This document shows, piece by piece, positions 8,867 through 18,506 of a DNA stretch of 64,000 bases. Under the pieces are notes generated by a model. That model searched no databases. It saw nothing but the letters and a program-made list of their open reading frames with translations, and was not told the origin of the DNA. The DNA comes from Nitrospinaceae bacterium. GTDB lineage: Bacteria > Nitrospinota > Nitrospinia > Nitrospinales > Nitrospinaceae. A program made the translations under genes and the position numbers. The DNA lies in assembly GCA_965223665.1 (NCBI GenBank), contig OZ245011.1, positions 3,872,001-3,936,000 of the forward strand, in the 5' to 3' direction. Every line of letters starts with the position of its first letter. The stretch's first letter is position 1.

Positions 8867-10180
8867 ATGACGGGCTCAATGGCAGATTTAAAGCAAACAC
8901 AAGAAGCAGAAATCATTGATTTATTTAAAAAAATTAAACCCTCCGATAGTTTGCAGGAACTACGAGAAGCAGCTATTCATCGATTTGAGGCTTTAAAGTT
9001 TCCACACAAAAAACATGAAATGTATACGTTTGCCAATGTGAAGGAGTTGGCTACCACCTCTTTCGTTTTGGCAAAAGAAGGGCCAATAGATTCAAAATTA
9101 ATTTTAGATAATGTGTACCCGTCTTGTAAAAATAGCTTTATTGTTTTTGTGAATGGATTTTTCCATGAGGGGCTGTCAAATATTTCTTCAATGGGAACTT
9201 CAATAAAGTTAATTGATTTAAATTCGGCGACTTTAGATAAAACTTTGCATTCCTATTTATTAGAAACAAATTCTAATGAAAATGATGTGTTTGCTACTTT
9301 AAATGGGGCTTTTTCTAATGGTGGATTACTTGTTGATGTTGCCGAAAACGCTACCTTTGAACAACCGTTACAAATTGTTTATGTTTCCCATTCCTCATCA
9401 CCCCAACCAATGACTTCACATCCACGTTTATTGATTCGACTTGGGAAATCAGCAGAGTTGAAGTTGATTGTTAAATTCTTAGGATGTGGAGAGAAGTATT
9501 TTGTGAACTGTGTTCAAGACTTTTTAGTTGAGGAAAATGCAGGTCTTACTTATTCGCAAATTCAACAGGATAATGCAAATGCTTGGCATTGCTCTAAAAC
9601 GCGTGCCAACATAAAAAGAAATGGTCGGTTTATTTCTTCTAATGCATCCTCCGGAAACCGTTTGACCCGGCACCATTATGAAGTCCATTTAAAAGATGAG
9701 GGAGCTGAAGCCCAACTGAATGGAGCTTCTGTTTTGATAAATGAAGAACAGGTTCATAACTTTGTTCGCATTCATCATGAAGCGCCTCATTGTACGAGCC
9801 AGCAATTATTTAGAAATGTTATTAATCATAAAGGGCGTTCAAGCTTTGATGGAACGGTGATCGTCAATAAAGGGGCGCAACTAACATATTCTGATCAATT
9901 AATAAATAACTTAATGCTTTCAGATGAAGCTCATGCAGATAATAAACCTAATTTAATGATTTTTGCAGATGATGTGAAATGTACTCACGGAGCAACCGTT
10001 GGGCAAATTGATGAGGATCAATTATTTTATTTGAAAACTCGAGGACTTTCCGAGGAGTTAGCGCAATCTTTGCTTACTAAAAGCTTTGTGGAAACGGTTA
10101 TACAAACAATACCTTTTCCCGAAGTTCGGGAGGACCTGGATGATATTTTATTGAAAAAATTGGAGGCCAATCATGGCTGA
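8867..10180 (+). CDS. sufD: Fe-S cluster assembly protein SufD
   Basis: P.L.IFADDVKCTHGATVGQ, FYL.TRG; position between sufC and sufS. Confidence 0.95.
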   Translation: MTGSMADLKQTQEAEIIDLFKKIKPSDSLQELREAAIHRFEALKFPHKKHEMYTFANVKELATTSFVLAKEGPIDSKLILDNVYPSCKNSFIVFVNGFFHEGLSNISSMGTSIKLIDLNSATLDKTLHSYLLETNSNENDVFATLNGAFSNGGLLVDVAENATFEQPLQIVYVSHSSSPQPMTSHPRLLIRLGKSAELKLIVKFLGCGEKYFVNCVQDFLVEENAGLTYSQIQQDNANAWHCSKTRANIKRNGRFISSNASSGNRLTRHHYEVHLKDEGAEAQLNGASVLINEEQVHNFVRIHHEAPHCTSQQLFRNVINHKGRSSFDGTVIVNKGAQLTYSDQLINNLMLSDEAHADNKPNLMIFADDVKCTHGATVGQIDEDQLFYLKTRGLSEELAQSLLTKSFVETVIQTIPFPEVREDLDDILLKKLEANHG

Positions 10181-11426
10181 TGCAGATACAACCACTCTGG
10201 TTTCGGGGTTTGAGGTAGATAAAATTCGTAGTGAATTCCCTGTGCTTTCACAAAAGGTTAATGATAAACCCCTAGTTTATTTAGATAATGCGGCTACTAC
10301 TCAAAAACCCTGGCGGGTAATCAACCGAGTCCATAAGTTTGATTCTGAAGAGTATGGAACTGTGCGTCGCGGAGCTTATAGGGTAAGTGAAAGATCGACC
10401 CAGTTATATGAAGATGCACGACAAAAATTGGCAGACTTTCTAGGGACACCGGATCGCAAAGAAATTATTTTTACTAGTGGTACGACACAGTCGATAAATT
10501 TAGTGGCTCATAGTTATGGTAAAAAATTTGTAGAGTCTGGGGATGAAGTTATTATTTCTACTATCGAACACCACGCAAATACGGTTCCCTGGCAAGTTTT
10601 ATGTGAAGAAAAGGGTGCGAAATTAAAAGCAATCCCAGTAAACGACCGTGGCGAATTGATAATGGAAGAGTATGATAAGTTATTGACGAATCGTACTAAG
10701 GTAGTTTCCGTTAACCATGTTTCAAATGCATTGGGAACTATTAACCCTATTAAAGAAATCACTGATAAGGCCCAAGCTGTAGGCGCCAAGGTATTAATTG
10801 ATGGAGCGCAAAGTGCTCCTCACATGAAAGTGAATGTGAAAGAATTGGGTTGTGATTTTTATACATTTTCCGGACATAAAATGTATGGTCCCAGTGGCAT
10901 CGGAGGCCTTTATGGAAAAATGGAAGTGTTGGAGTCTATGATTCCTTATGTAACTGGCGGTGATATGATTCGCCAAGTTACCCTGGAAAAAGCAACTTAT
11001 GCGGATCCTCCTGCGCGATTTGAAGCTGGAACGCCACCAATTTCACAAGTTATTGGCCTTGGAGAAGCAGTTGATTATTTACAGGAAATTGGATTAGATA
11101 AAATAGCTGAATATGAGAATAGTTTATTAGAATATGGAACCCGACTGTTTGAAGACATTGGGGGATTAAATATTATTGGAACGGCAGAAGAAAAGGCGAG
11201 CATAATTTCTTTCCATTCAGATGTAATACATCCTCATGATATGGTTACATTATTGGATCAAGATGGAATTGCTGTAAGAGGGGGGCATCATTGTGCTCAA
11301 CCGACCATGCAAAGATTTCAGGTTCCGGCCACCTCTCGGGCGTCGGTATCTTTTTATAATAAATTTGAAGAGCTTGATGCTTTAGCTGAGAGCGTTCAAA
11401 AAGCGATTAAACTTTTTTCAGGATAA
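10173..11426 (+). CDS. sufS: Cysteine desulfurase SufS
   Basis: YLDNAATTQKP, EHHAN, DGAQ, FSGHKMYGP, RGGHHCAQP. Confidence 0.96.
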   Translation: MADADTTTLVSGFEVDKIRSEFPVLSQKVNDKPLVYLDNAATTQKPWRVINRVHKFDSEEYGTVRRGAYRVSERSTQLYEDARQKLADFLGTPDRKEIIFTSGTTQSINLVAHSYGKKFVESGDEVIISTIEHHANTVPWQVLCEEKGAKLKAIPVNDRGELIMEEYDKLLTNRTKVVSVNHVSNALGTINPIKEITDKAQAVGAKVLIDGAQSAPHMKVNVKELGCDFYTFSGHKMYGPSGIGGLYGKMEVLESMIPYVTGGDMIRQVTLEKATYADPPARFEAGTPPISQVIGLGEAVDYLQEIGLDKIAEYENSLLEYGTRLFEDIGGLNIIGTAEEKASIISFHSDVIHPHDMVTLLDQDGIAVRGGHHCAQPTMQRFQVPATSRASVSFYNKFEELDALAESVQKAIKLFSG

Positions 11427-11500
11427 TAACGACTATTTTTTAGATATTGAAATAGTGGTAAAACAAGTTTTTTTGGAGTTGATTGAAAAGGAATTAAATT

Positions 11501-11953
11501 ATGTCCTATGATAATGAGCTTTACCAACAGGTGATTCTGGATCATAACAAAAAGCCGAAAAATTTCCGTGATATGGAAGATGCTACTCATTCCTGTCATG
11601 GATTCAATCCGCTTTGTGGAGATGATTATACTGTTTACCTTAAGGTCGATGGCCAAAACATTATTCAGGATATTAGTTTTATGGGATCAGGATGCGCTAT
11701 ATCTAAGGCAAGTTCTTCATTAATGACCAGTTTTTTAAAAGGAAAACCTATTGAGGATGCTAAAGTTGTCTATGAAGAGTTTCACAAGATGGTATTAGGT
11801 GAATTTGATCCTGAAAAAGAAGAGAATCATTTGGGAAAACTAAAATTGTTTATGGGGATACGAGAATTCCCCTCACGAATTAAGTGCGCTAGTTTGTCAT
11901 GGCATTCTATGGTTGGCGCTTTAAATAAAGACGATAAGGTTACAACGGAATAA
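11501..11953 (+). CDS. sufU: SUF-system sulfur-transfer/scaffold protein SufU
   Basis: LYQQVILDH..P.N, NPLCGD, GCAISKAS, RIKCA; follows sufS. Confidence 0.93.
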   Translation: MSYDNELYQQVILDHNKKPKNFRDMEDATHSCHGFNPLCGDDYTVYLKVDGQNIIQDISFMGSGCAISKASSSLMTSFLKGKPIEDAKVVYEEFHKMVLGEFDPEKEENHLGKLKLFMGIREFPSRIKCASLSWHSMVGALNKDDKVTTE

Positions 11954-11998
11954 TTTGAAGATTTAACTTCTAAATATCACCCCATCAAAAGGAGGTGG

Positions 11999-13069
11999 GT
12001 GATTAACACACCGAACGCACAATCCTTGTTAGATCAATCCACCCGGTCGGGTGATTTGTCCATCCCTTTAAAAAATAAATCACTCATTTGCACAGCTTGT
12101 GGGCATCGTTGTGAATTAAAGCCTGGAAAGCGAGGGGTTTGTAAAGTCCGGTTTAATGAAGAGGGTGTTTTAAGAGTTCCTTTTCAATATACAGCAGGAT
12201 TGCAGAATGATCCAATCGAGAAGAAACCCTTTTTTCATGTTTTACCAGGAAGTGATTCGCTAAGTTTTGGAATGTTGGGTTGTGACTTTAAATGTGGGTA
12301 TTGTCAAAACTGGTTTACCTCGCAAACTTTAAGCGATGAAGCTTCAACAGTAAGCTTCAACGCAATTACCTCCAATGAAATTTGTGACGTAGCGGAAAAG
12401 CATAAAGTAAAGACAATAATTTCTACTTATAATGAACCATTAATTACAAGTGAATGGGCTGTAGAGGTATTTAGAGAAGCGCGAACACGCAATTTTCTAA
12501 CCGGCTACGTTTCTAACGGTCACGGAACGCCCGAAGTGCTTGAATATATAAAACCTTGGTTAGATATAATTAAAATCGATTTAAAATGTTTTGATAAAAA
12601 TAAATATAGGAAATTGGGTGGGGGGTTGGATCAAGTATTGGAAACTATTCATTCGGTAAAAAGTATGGGATTTTGGTTGGAAATTGTTACCTTAGTGATT
12701 CCTGAATATAATGACTCAAACTCAGAATTAACCAAAATAGCGAAATTTATTGCTTCAATTTCTCCTGACATCCCTTGGCATGTAACCGGTTTTAATCCTC
12801 AATATAAAATGTTGGATAAAAGAAGTACCGAAATTAACCATTTAGTGAGGGCAAGGGATATCGGTATGAGTTTCGGGCTTCATTATGTTTATGCCGGAAA
12901 TAGGCCGGGCATGATTAAGAATGCAGAGGATACATTTTGTCCTAGTTGTAAGAGAACTTTAATTAAGCGTTTCGGATTTCGCGTTTTGAAAAACTATTTA
13001 ATCAATGGAAGATGTCCGCATTGTTTTTACTCCATTCCGGGGGTTTGGAGTAAAAATTTTCTAAAATAA
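11999..13069 (+). CDS. amrS: AmmeMemoRadiSam-type radical SAM enzyme
   Basis: C..C.H.C.L..G..G.C.VR, DPIEKKPFFH, GCDFKCGYCQNW, TYNEP, C-terminal T.CP.C...C..C. Confidence 0.88.
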   Translation: MINTPNAQSLLDQSTRSGDLSIPLKNKSLICTACGHRCELKPGKRGVCKVRFNEEGVLRVPFQYTAGLQNDPIEKKPFFHVLPGSDSLSFGMLGCDFKCGYCQNWFTSQTLSDEASTVSFNAITSNEICDVAEKHKVKTIISTYNEPLITSEWAVEVFREARTRNFLTGYVSNGHGTPEVLEYIKPWLDIIKIDLKCFDKNKYRKLGGGLDQVLETIHSVKSMGFWLEIVTLVIPEYNDSNSELTKIAKFIASISPDIPWHVTGFNPQYKMLDKRSTEINHLVRARDIGMSFGLHYVYAGNRPGMIKNAEDTFCPSCKRTLIKRFGFRVLKNYLINGRCPHCFYSIPGVWSKNFLK

Positions 13070-13396
13070 GAGAGAAATGAAAAGTGGTTCTAATTCTTAA
13101 CCTTCAAAAAATGTTTTGTAATAATAAGATTCCTGTTTCGCCTCTTCAAGATACTCGCTTTGTAAAACCAAATTTTATAATCAATTAGAAAATTTTGGTT
13201 TCCTCGGTTTGATTTTCTGTTTAGTTGTGTCGCTAAAAATGTTAAGGTTGTTTCCCCGCCTTTTGCAGGCCTTATAAGGCTATTCAAAATTTTGGGAACT
13301 TATTCGAGGTTTTCTGTTTTGAGGCTGTATAAAAAATGGATGGGCGGGTTTCTTCATTTTATTGATTGAGTCCGATAGAAAATTTCTGATAAAAAA

Positions 13397-15145
13397 ATGA
13401 TTTTGATTGAAAATAAAATAAGGAGAATGGGAAGTTTTAAAAGTTTGATTTTTGCTTGTGTTTTAATTTGGGTTTCATCAAATGCATTTGGACAAACTAA
13501 TGTTCCGCCAGCTGGGGAATCGGGCGTAATTGAAAAATCCCTGCGGTCTTCTCGTCCACAGTTTCAATCACCTGAGAAAGATATATCAAATATAATAAAA
13601 AATGATAGCCGAAAGGTTGAGGATCCTGGAGCCGGACCGCGTTTTTTTGTTGAAAAAATTCAGGTTCAAGGAAATACTCTGTTTTCCGATCAAGAATTAG
13701 CTCCTTTTGTAAACTTAGGTGGCACGGTAGAAGTTACTTTAGGAGTTCTGACCTTAATTGCCAATGAAATTACCGCCTTTTATGTTTCCAAAGGCTATAT
13801 TTTATCTTTTGCCTATATTCCTCCTCAGGAAATTGCTAATGGGGTGGTCCTTGTCCAAATTGTAGAATCAAGGATTGGCAAAATAGAGGTGCAAGGGAAT
13901 GAAAGATATACTGACGGCGAGATTTTGTCTTGGATGGAACAAGTACAAAAAGAGCGGGTTTTAAGTGAGCAAACTCTAGAACGAGCTTTACTTGATTTGA
14001 ATGATATATATGGGCTAAAAGTGCAATCCATTTTAAAACCCGGTGATAAAACTGGAACTTCCGATTTAGTTTTAAAAATTCAAGAATCAAAATCCTTTAA
14101 ATTTGAATTTGATGTAGATAACTTTGGTTCTCGATTTACAGGTCGACATCGATTTGGTTTAACTGCTTCTATTGACAATTTAGGATTGTTTGGAGACTCA
14201 TTCTCTATTCGGGGTTTAAAGTCCGAAAACAATCAAAATTATATTAATGCTAATTATTCTGTTCCAGTTTCCAATTATGGAACGCGGGCCAACTTTTCCT
14301 TTATATATTCTGACTTTGTATTAGGAGATTCGTTGAGCATTTTAAATGCTGAAGGGACATCAAATCTCATTTTGTTTGATATTACCCAAAAGATACATCG
14401 TTCTCGAAGATCCGAATTGTACATTTCAATCGGAGGTGAAATTAGAAACTTTAAAAATAGCCAAGCTAATAATCAAACCAGCAACGATAAGTTAAGAGAT
14501 ATATTTTTGGGATTAGGAGGAAATTGGTCTGATGGATTGTTTGGAAGGACTTTTTATGATATTCGACTTCAATGGGGTTTTACTGAAGGAAATATTGCGG
14601 ACCCACTTAACTCTCGATTTCATGGCAGAGGAGATGTTTTGATTTCCAGCTTTTCTTTTCAAAGATTTCAATCCATAAAAATTTTTAATTCATACTTTGT
14701 GATTAGGGGGAAGGGACAAATTGTTGCCAATCGGGTATTATCACCGGATCAGTTTGCTATTGGTGGTTTTGGAACAGTGCGTGGTTTTCCCCTGGCTGAA
14801 AATGCTGGTGACAATGGATTTACTTTTTCCTGGGAGTATGTATTGCCTTTTCCTGTAAAAATTCCTTTAACTTCTAAACCAGGTTTAAAAAGTTTGAATG
14901 AAATACTTTCGTTGTTTGGCTTTATTGATCACGGTCAGATTTTTGTCAGAAATAAACAGCCTGGAGAAATTAATAGTGAATTAACCGGCGCGGGCGGAGG
15001 CATTCGCGTCAATATTCCGAAAATAGATTGGCTTTTTCCTCAGATTAGTATAACCGCCTCCTATGGCTTTCCTGTTTTTACAAATAATGACCCCTCCGAT
15101 GGTTCTTCATCTACATTTTATTTTGCTGGTTTGATTTCCTTTTAA
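13397..15145 (+). CDS. ShlB/FhaC/HecB-family two-partner secretion transporter (TpsB)
   Basis: Signal peptide, POTRA-like GNT.F...Y...GY...AY.PPQEI..G.V...I.E..IG, DNFGS..TG, IGG.GTVRGF loop-6 motif, F.D.G, terminal Phe. Confidence 0.92.
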   Translation: MILIENKIRRMGSFKSLIFACVLIWVSSNAFGQTNVPPAGESGVIEKSLRSSRPQFQSPEKDISNIIKNDSRKVEDPGAGPRFFVEKIQVQGNTLFSDQELAPFVNLGGTVEVTLGVLTLIANEITAFYVSKGYILSFAYIPPQEIANGVVLVQIVESRIGKIEVQGNERYTDGEILSWMEQVQKERVLSEQTLERALLDLNDIYGLKVQSILKPGDKTGTSDLVLKIQESKSFKFEFDVDNFGSRFTGRHRFGLTASIDNLGLFGDSFSIRGLKSENNQNYINANYSVPVSNYGTRANFSFIYSDFVLGDSLSILNAEGTSNLILFDITQKIHRSRRSELYISIGGEIRNFKNSQANNQTSNDKLRDIFLGLGGNWSDGLFGRTFYDIRLQWGFTEGNIADPLNSRFHGRGDVLISSFSFQRFQSIKIFNSYFVIRGKGQIVANRVLSPDQFAIGGFGTVRGFPLAENAGDNGFTFSWEYVLPFPVKIPLTSKPGLKSLNEILSLFGFIDHGQIFVRNKQPGEINSELTGAGGGIRVNIPKIDWLFPQISITASYGFPVFTNNDPSDGSSSTFYFAGLISF

Positions 15146-15342
15146 TTTCCCTGAATTCAATATTTTTTACGCCTTGGATAAAATATCGGTGATTATGAGA
15201 ATTTTTCATAATTTGATCTTAAATCCCAAAAAACAAACCCTAATGGGGTATTTATTCTGATAAATGGTAAAATTGCTTTACTTTTGTTGGGTAAGTTCAT
15301 AATATCTACAAGGTAAATCTAATTTATGGATAAAGGCTATCC

Positions 15343-16167
15343 ATGCAAAATCTTTCCATTATAAGAAAATACCTAATCTTTTTAGCCTCAATCTCAGTTT
15401 ATATTTTTTTTGGGGGTTTGAGCCTAGCCCATTCTGAAGAAAAATCCATCGGCAAAATAATAGCTATTATTGGCCAAGCAGAGTTTATTAATGAAACAGC
15501 AGAAGTAACTTCTGAACTTAAAGGTGGTTCGATAAAAAAGGTTTCCTCTCCGATTTGGCAGAAAGTGATTCCCCATCAAAAGGTTTTTCCTCAAGATGTA
15601 TTTAGAACCTCAAAGAAAAGTCGGCTGAGAATTCTTTTTAACGATAGTAGTTTAATGGCATTGGGACCTAGTACAAAGATGAAAGTCTCTTCATATATTG
15701 TTAATTCAGAAAAAAAGTTTCGAAAAGGTGTAATGGATTTAGCGCATGGGCTTTCAATGTATATTGTTAATAAACAGCATAAAAGTGAGGGCTCCTCTTT
15801 CAAAATGGTATCACCCACTGCAAATATTACTGCAAGAGGAACTCAAGGGTATTTAAGTGTGTCTAAACAAAAGACTCTAGTGGCAAATTTAGCGGGAGCT
15901 GTTTCTGCAGAAAATTCTGATCCAGCTGTTACTGGGGAAGTTTTAGTCGGAATCAAGGAAAGCTCTATAGTTGAGAAAGGCAAACCTCCTACAGAACCAC
16001 AGCCTATTCGTAATGTAGAATTACAGTTTCTACAGCAAACGGTTATGGGTTGGCCTAATCCAAAAATAGATGAAGAATCAAATGGGGATTCAACTTTAGA
16101 GGAAGCTTTTGAGGAAGATTTTGAGCCGTTTGATGATATTGATAGCAATTCTTGTAAATCAGGATGA
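15343..16167 (+). CDS. Exported FecR-domain protein with acidic C-terminal tail
   Basis: Signal peptide; D..RT...SR..I.F.D.S...LGP.T and SPTA....RGT FecR-domain motifs. Confidence 0.85.
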   Translation: MQNLSIIRKYLIFLASISVYIFFGGLSLAHSEEKSIGKIIAIIGQAEFINETAEVTSELKGGSIKKVSSPIWQKVIPHQKVFPQDVFRTSKKSRLRILFNDSSLMALGPSTKMKVSSYIVNSEKKFRKGVMDLAHGLSMYIVNKQHKSEGSSFKMVSPTANITARGTQGYLSVSKQKTLVANLAGAVSAENSDPAVTGEVLVGIKESSIVEKGKPPTEPQPIRNVELQFLQQTVMGWPNPKIDEESNGDSTLEEAFEEDFEPFDDIDSNSCKSG

Positions 16168-16171
16168 ACAT

Positions 16172-18439
16172 ATGCGTAAGGGGAGAAAAGTGAAACTTAT
16201 TCCATTCAAAATATCTAACTTTATTCTTTTGGGATGGTTATACTGCGTTTTTTCAATTTTCCCTTCTAAAATTTATGCGCTTCCTTCGGGGGGAAATATT
16301 ATCCAGGGAGAAGGTTCTATTCGACTACCCTCCGCCCAAGAATTAAATGTTCAACAAAATTCGCAAAAGTTAATTGCCGAATGGAACTCTTTTGGAATTG
16401 GGGCTACAGAATCAGTACGGTTTATTCAGCCCAATGCAAATTCAGTTGCCTTAAATAGAGTGATAGGTAGTGACCCGAGCCAAATTTTAGGAAAGTTATC
16501 AGCAAATGGACAAGTATTTTTGGTCAATCCTTCAGGAGTCTATTTTGGGCCAAACTCTATTGTGGATGCCCACGGATTTATTGGATCTACTTTAGATCTT
16601 AGCAATCAGGATTTTTTCGATGGTAATTATACCTTTATCAAAAATCCCTCAAAACCTCTGGCTTCTATTATTAACCAAGGGGAAATTAAAGCAGGGGCAT
16701 ATGCCGGCCTTGTAGCTCCTGCAATTTCAAATGGGGGAAAAATTATTGTAGCTGATCTGGGAACAGTGGCTTTAGGGGCGGGAGAAGCAGCTGTTTTAGA
16801 TTTCAATGGAGATGGCTTAATAAACTTTACCATCACCCAACCAGTATTAGGAGAAGTTCCAGATAATAATGGAATTTTATTACCAAATAGGATCTTAAAC
16901 TCCGGTCAAATTCAGGCAAATGGAGGACAAGTTCTTTTAATGGCTAAGGAAGCTGGAAATATAGTACGTGATGTTGTTAATCATTCAGGAATAATTGAGG
17001 TCAACTCAGTTGTTAAAAAAAATGGACGGATTGTTCTATCAGGTGGAGAAAAGGGTATTGTTAATGTTTCTGGAACCCTCAACGCTATAGGAAATAATAT
17101 TGATGAAAATGGTGGCCATATTACCATTGAAGGTGAAGAAATAGGATTGTTTCAGTCAGCAATATTGAATGTTGCTGGAATGGCTAGTGGTGGAATGATT
17201 AATGTGGGTAAAGGTTCAAATGGAACTATCAATGCTCCCACAGCTAAAAATGTTTATATAGGTGAAAATGTTCAAATGTTAGCCAATTCATTATCATTTG
17301 GGGAAGGTGGAATAGTCGGCCTTTATGCCGCGGATACGTTACGCCACTATGGGCAAATTAATGCTGCGGGAGGTCCTTTGAATGGGAATGGTGGAACCGT
17401 AATTAATTCTGGAAAGCGTTCTATCGAGATCAAAAATGCTCCCGATATTAGTACAAATAATGGTTCGGGCGGGGATTGGTTAGTAATTGATGCAGATGTA
17501 ATTGAAATTTTACCAGGAAAAGGAGTATTTGATTCTGGTGGCGACCCCTTTGGGAATATTGAAGATGGATTGAAATTTGGGGCTGATTTAATTCTAGATG
17601 CTTTTGATGAAGGTTCAACTGTATTTATTGCAACAGGTTTTTTGGGAAAGAAAGAAAATGGTAGTCTCTTTTTGAATGCTCCAATTGATTTCACAGGCAA
17701 AGGGCCAAATTCTTTAATTTTAGGTGCCAGGAAGCATATTTTCTTAAACGAAAGTATATTTACACCTGGTAAAAACTTTAATGACCGATTAAATGTAACT
17801 TTATTAGCCAATACTGATGAGGGAATAATAGGTTCCTTCTATTTGAAGGAAGGTAAAGTTGTTGATTCGAATAATAGAGATATCTGGATAAGAGGGGCAG
17901 ATTTTCATTCGAGGGGATTATTAAAAAGTGGAACGGCACGGGTAGTTATTCGAACTCGCGGAATTAATAGAATGTCTATAGGAAATGGAACTAATAATCC
18001 TGGATTTACCATAGATAATGACGAACTGAGCAGAATTATGGCTGATAGGGTAATCTTTGATAGTTTGGGTAATATTTATATTGATGGGGTCCAACAAAAT
18101 TCAACCAATTCTATTAATCAATTATTATTCTTTTCTGGCGAAAAAATTGTAACTCAAGGTGAAAAATCTTCTTTTACCCCTGGGGTGGAATTAAATGCTC
18201 GTGATAAGATTGAAGTTAATGCTGATTTAGAAGTCCAGGGGGACTTGGTTGCCAATGTGCAAGTAGGAGGAGTTGAAGTAAGTGAAGACGTTTCTGTGGA
18301 GGCTGTCAATTCACAATTTAACGAAAATGGTTCCGGGAATTCTTTGAGCTTTGAAGAAAGAGAATTGGTGGAGCAAGGTAACTTAAGTACTTTTATAAAA
18401 GAATTTCTGGAAAATGGAAAAACTTTTAACGATTGTTAA
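16172..18439 (+). CDS. Filamentous haemagglutinin N-terminal (TPS) domain exoprotein, TpsA-like, ~755 aa
   Basis: ALPSGG, WNSF.IG, F.QP...S.ALNRV, S.I.G.L.ANGQVFLVNPSG TPS domain, Gly/Asn-rich beta-helix repeats; ATG 16172 just after the FecR stop preferred over TTG 16109. Confidence 0.9.
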   Translation: MRKGRKVKLIPFKISNFILLGWLYCVFSIFPSKIYALPSGGNIIQGEGSIRLPSAQELNVQQNSQKLIAEWNSFGIGATESVRFIQPNANSVALNRVIGSDPSQILGKLSANGQVFLVNPSGVYFGPNSIVDAHGFIGSTLDLSNQDFFDGNYTFIKNPSKPLASIINQGEIKAGAYAGLVAPAISNGGKIIVADLGTVALGAGEAAVLDFNGDGLINFTITQPVLGEVPDNNGILLPNRILNSGQIQANGGQVLLMAKEAGNIVRDVVNHSGIIEVNSVVKKNGRIVLSGGEKGIVNVSGTLNAIGNNIDENGGHITIEGEEIGLFQSAILNVAGMASGGMINVGKGSNGTINAPTAKNVYIGENVQMLANSLSFGEGGIVGLYAADTLRHYGQINAAGGPLNGNGGTVINSGKRSIEIKNAPDISTNNGSGGDWLVIDADVIEILPGKGVFDSGGDPFGNIEDGLKFGADLILDAFDEGSTVFIATGFLGKKENGSLFLNAPIDFTGKGPNSLILGARKHIFLNESIFTPGKNFNDRLNVTLLANTDEGIIGSFYLKEGKVVDSNNRDIWIRGADFHSRGLLKSGTARVVIRTRGINRMSIGNGTNNPGFTIDNDELSRIMADRVIFDSLGNIYIDGVQQNSTNSINQLLFFSGEKIVTQGEKSSFTPGVELNARDKIEVNADLEVQGDLVANVQVGGVEVSEDVSVEAVNSQFNENGSGNSLSFEERELVEQGNLSTFIKEFLENGKTFNDC

Positions 18440-18506
18440 AATATCTTTTATAAAATTTTAATGGTAAATGATTGAATCCTTCCTATTTTTAAAGTATTAA
18501 TTCTAA

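Noticed and set aside
13090-13287. 65-aa minus-strand ORF between amrS and tpsB
   Set aside because: TTG start, no recognisable motif; likely the tpsB promoter region
16109-16171. Extended TTG start of TpsA overlapping the FecR gene
   Set aside because: ATG at 16172, 4 nt after the FecR stop, gives a normal signal peptide; no need for overlap or frameshift
16172-18439. CDI/CdiA toxin system
   Set aside because: TpsA is far too short, with no VENN-like motif, toxin domain or small immunity gene; the downstream gene is a cyclase
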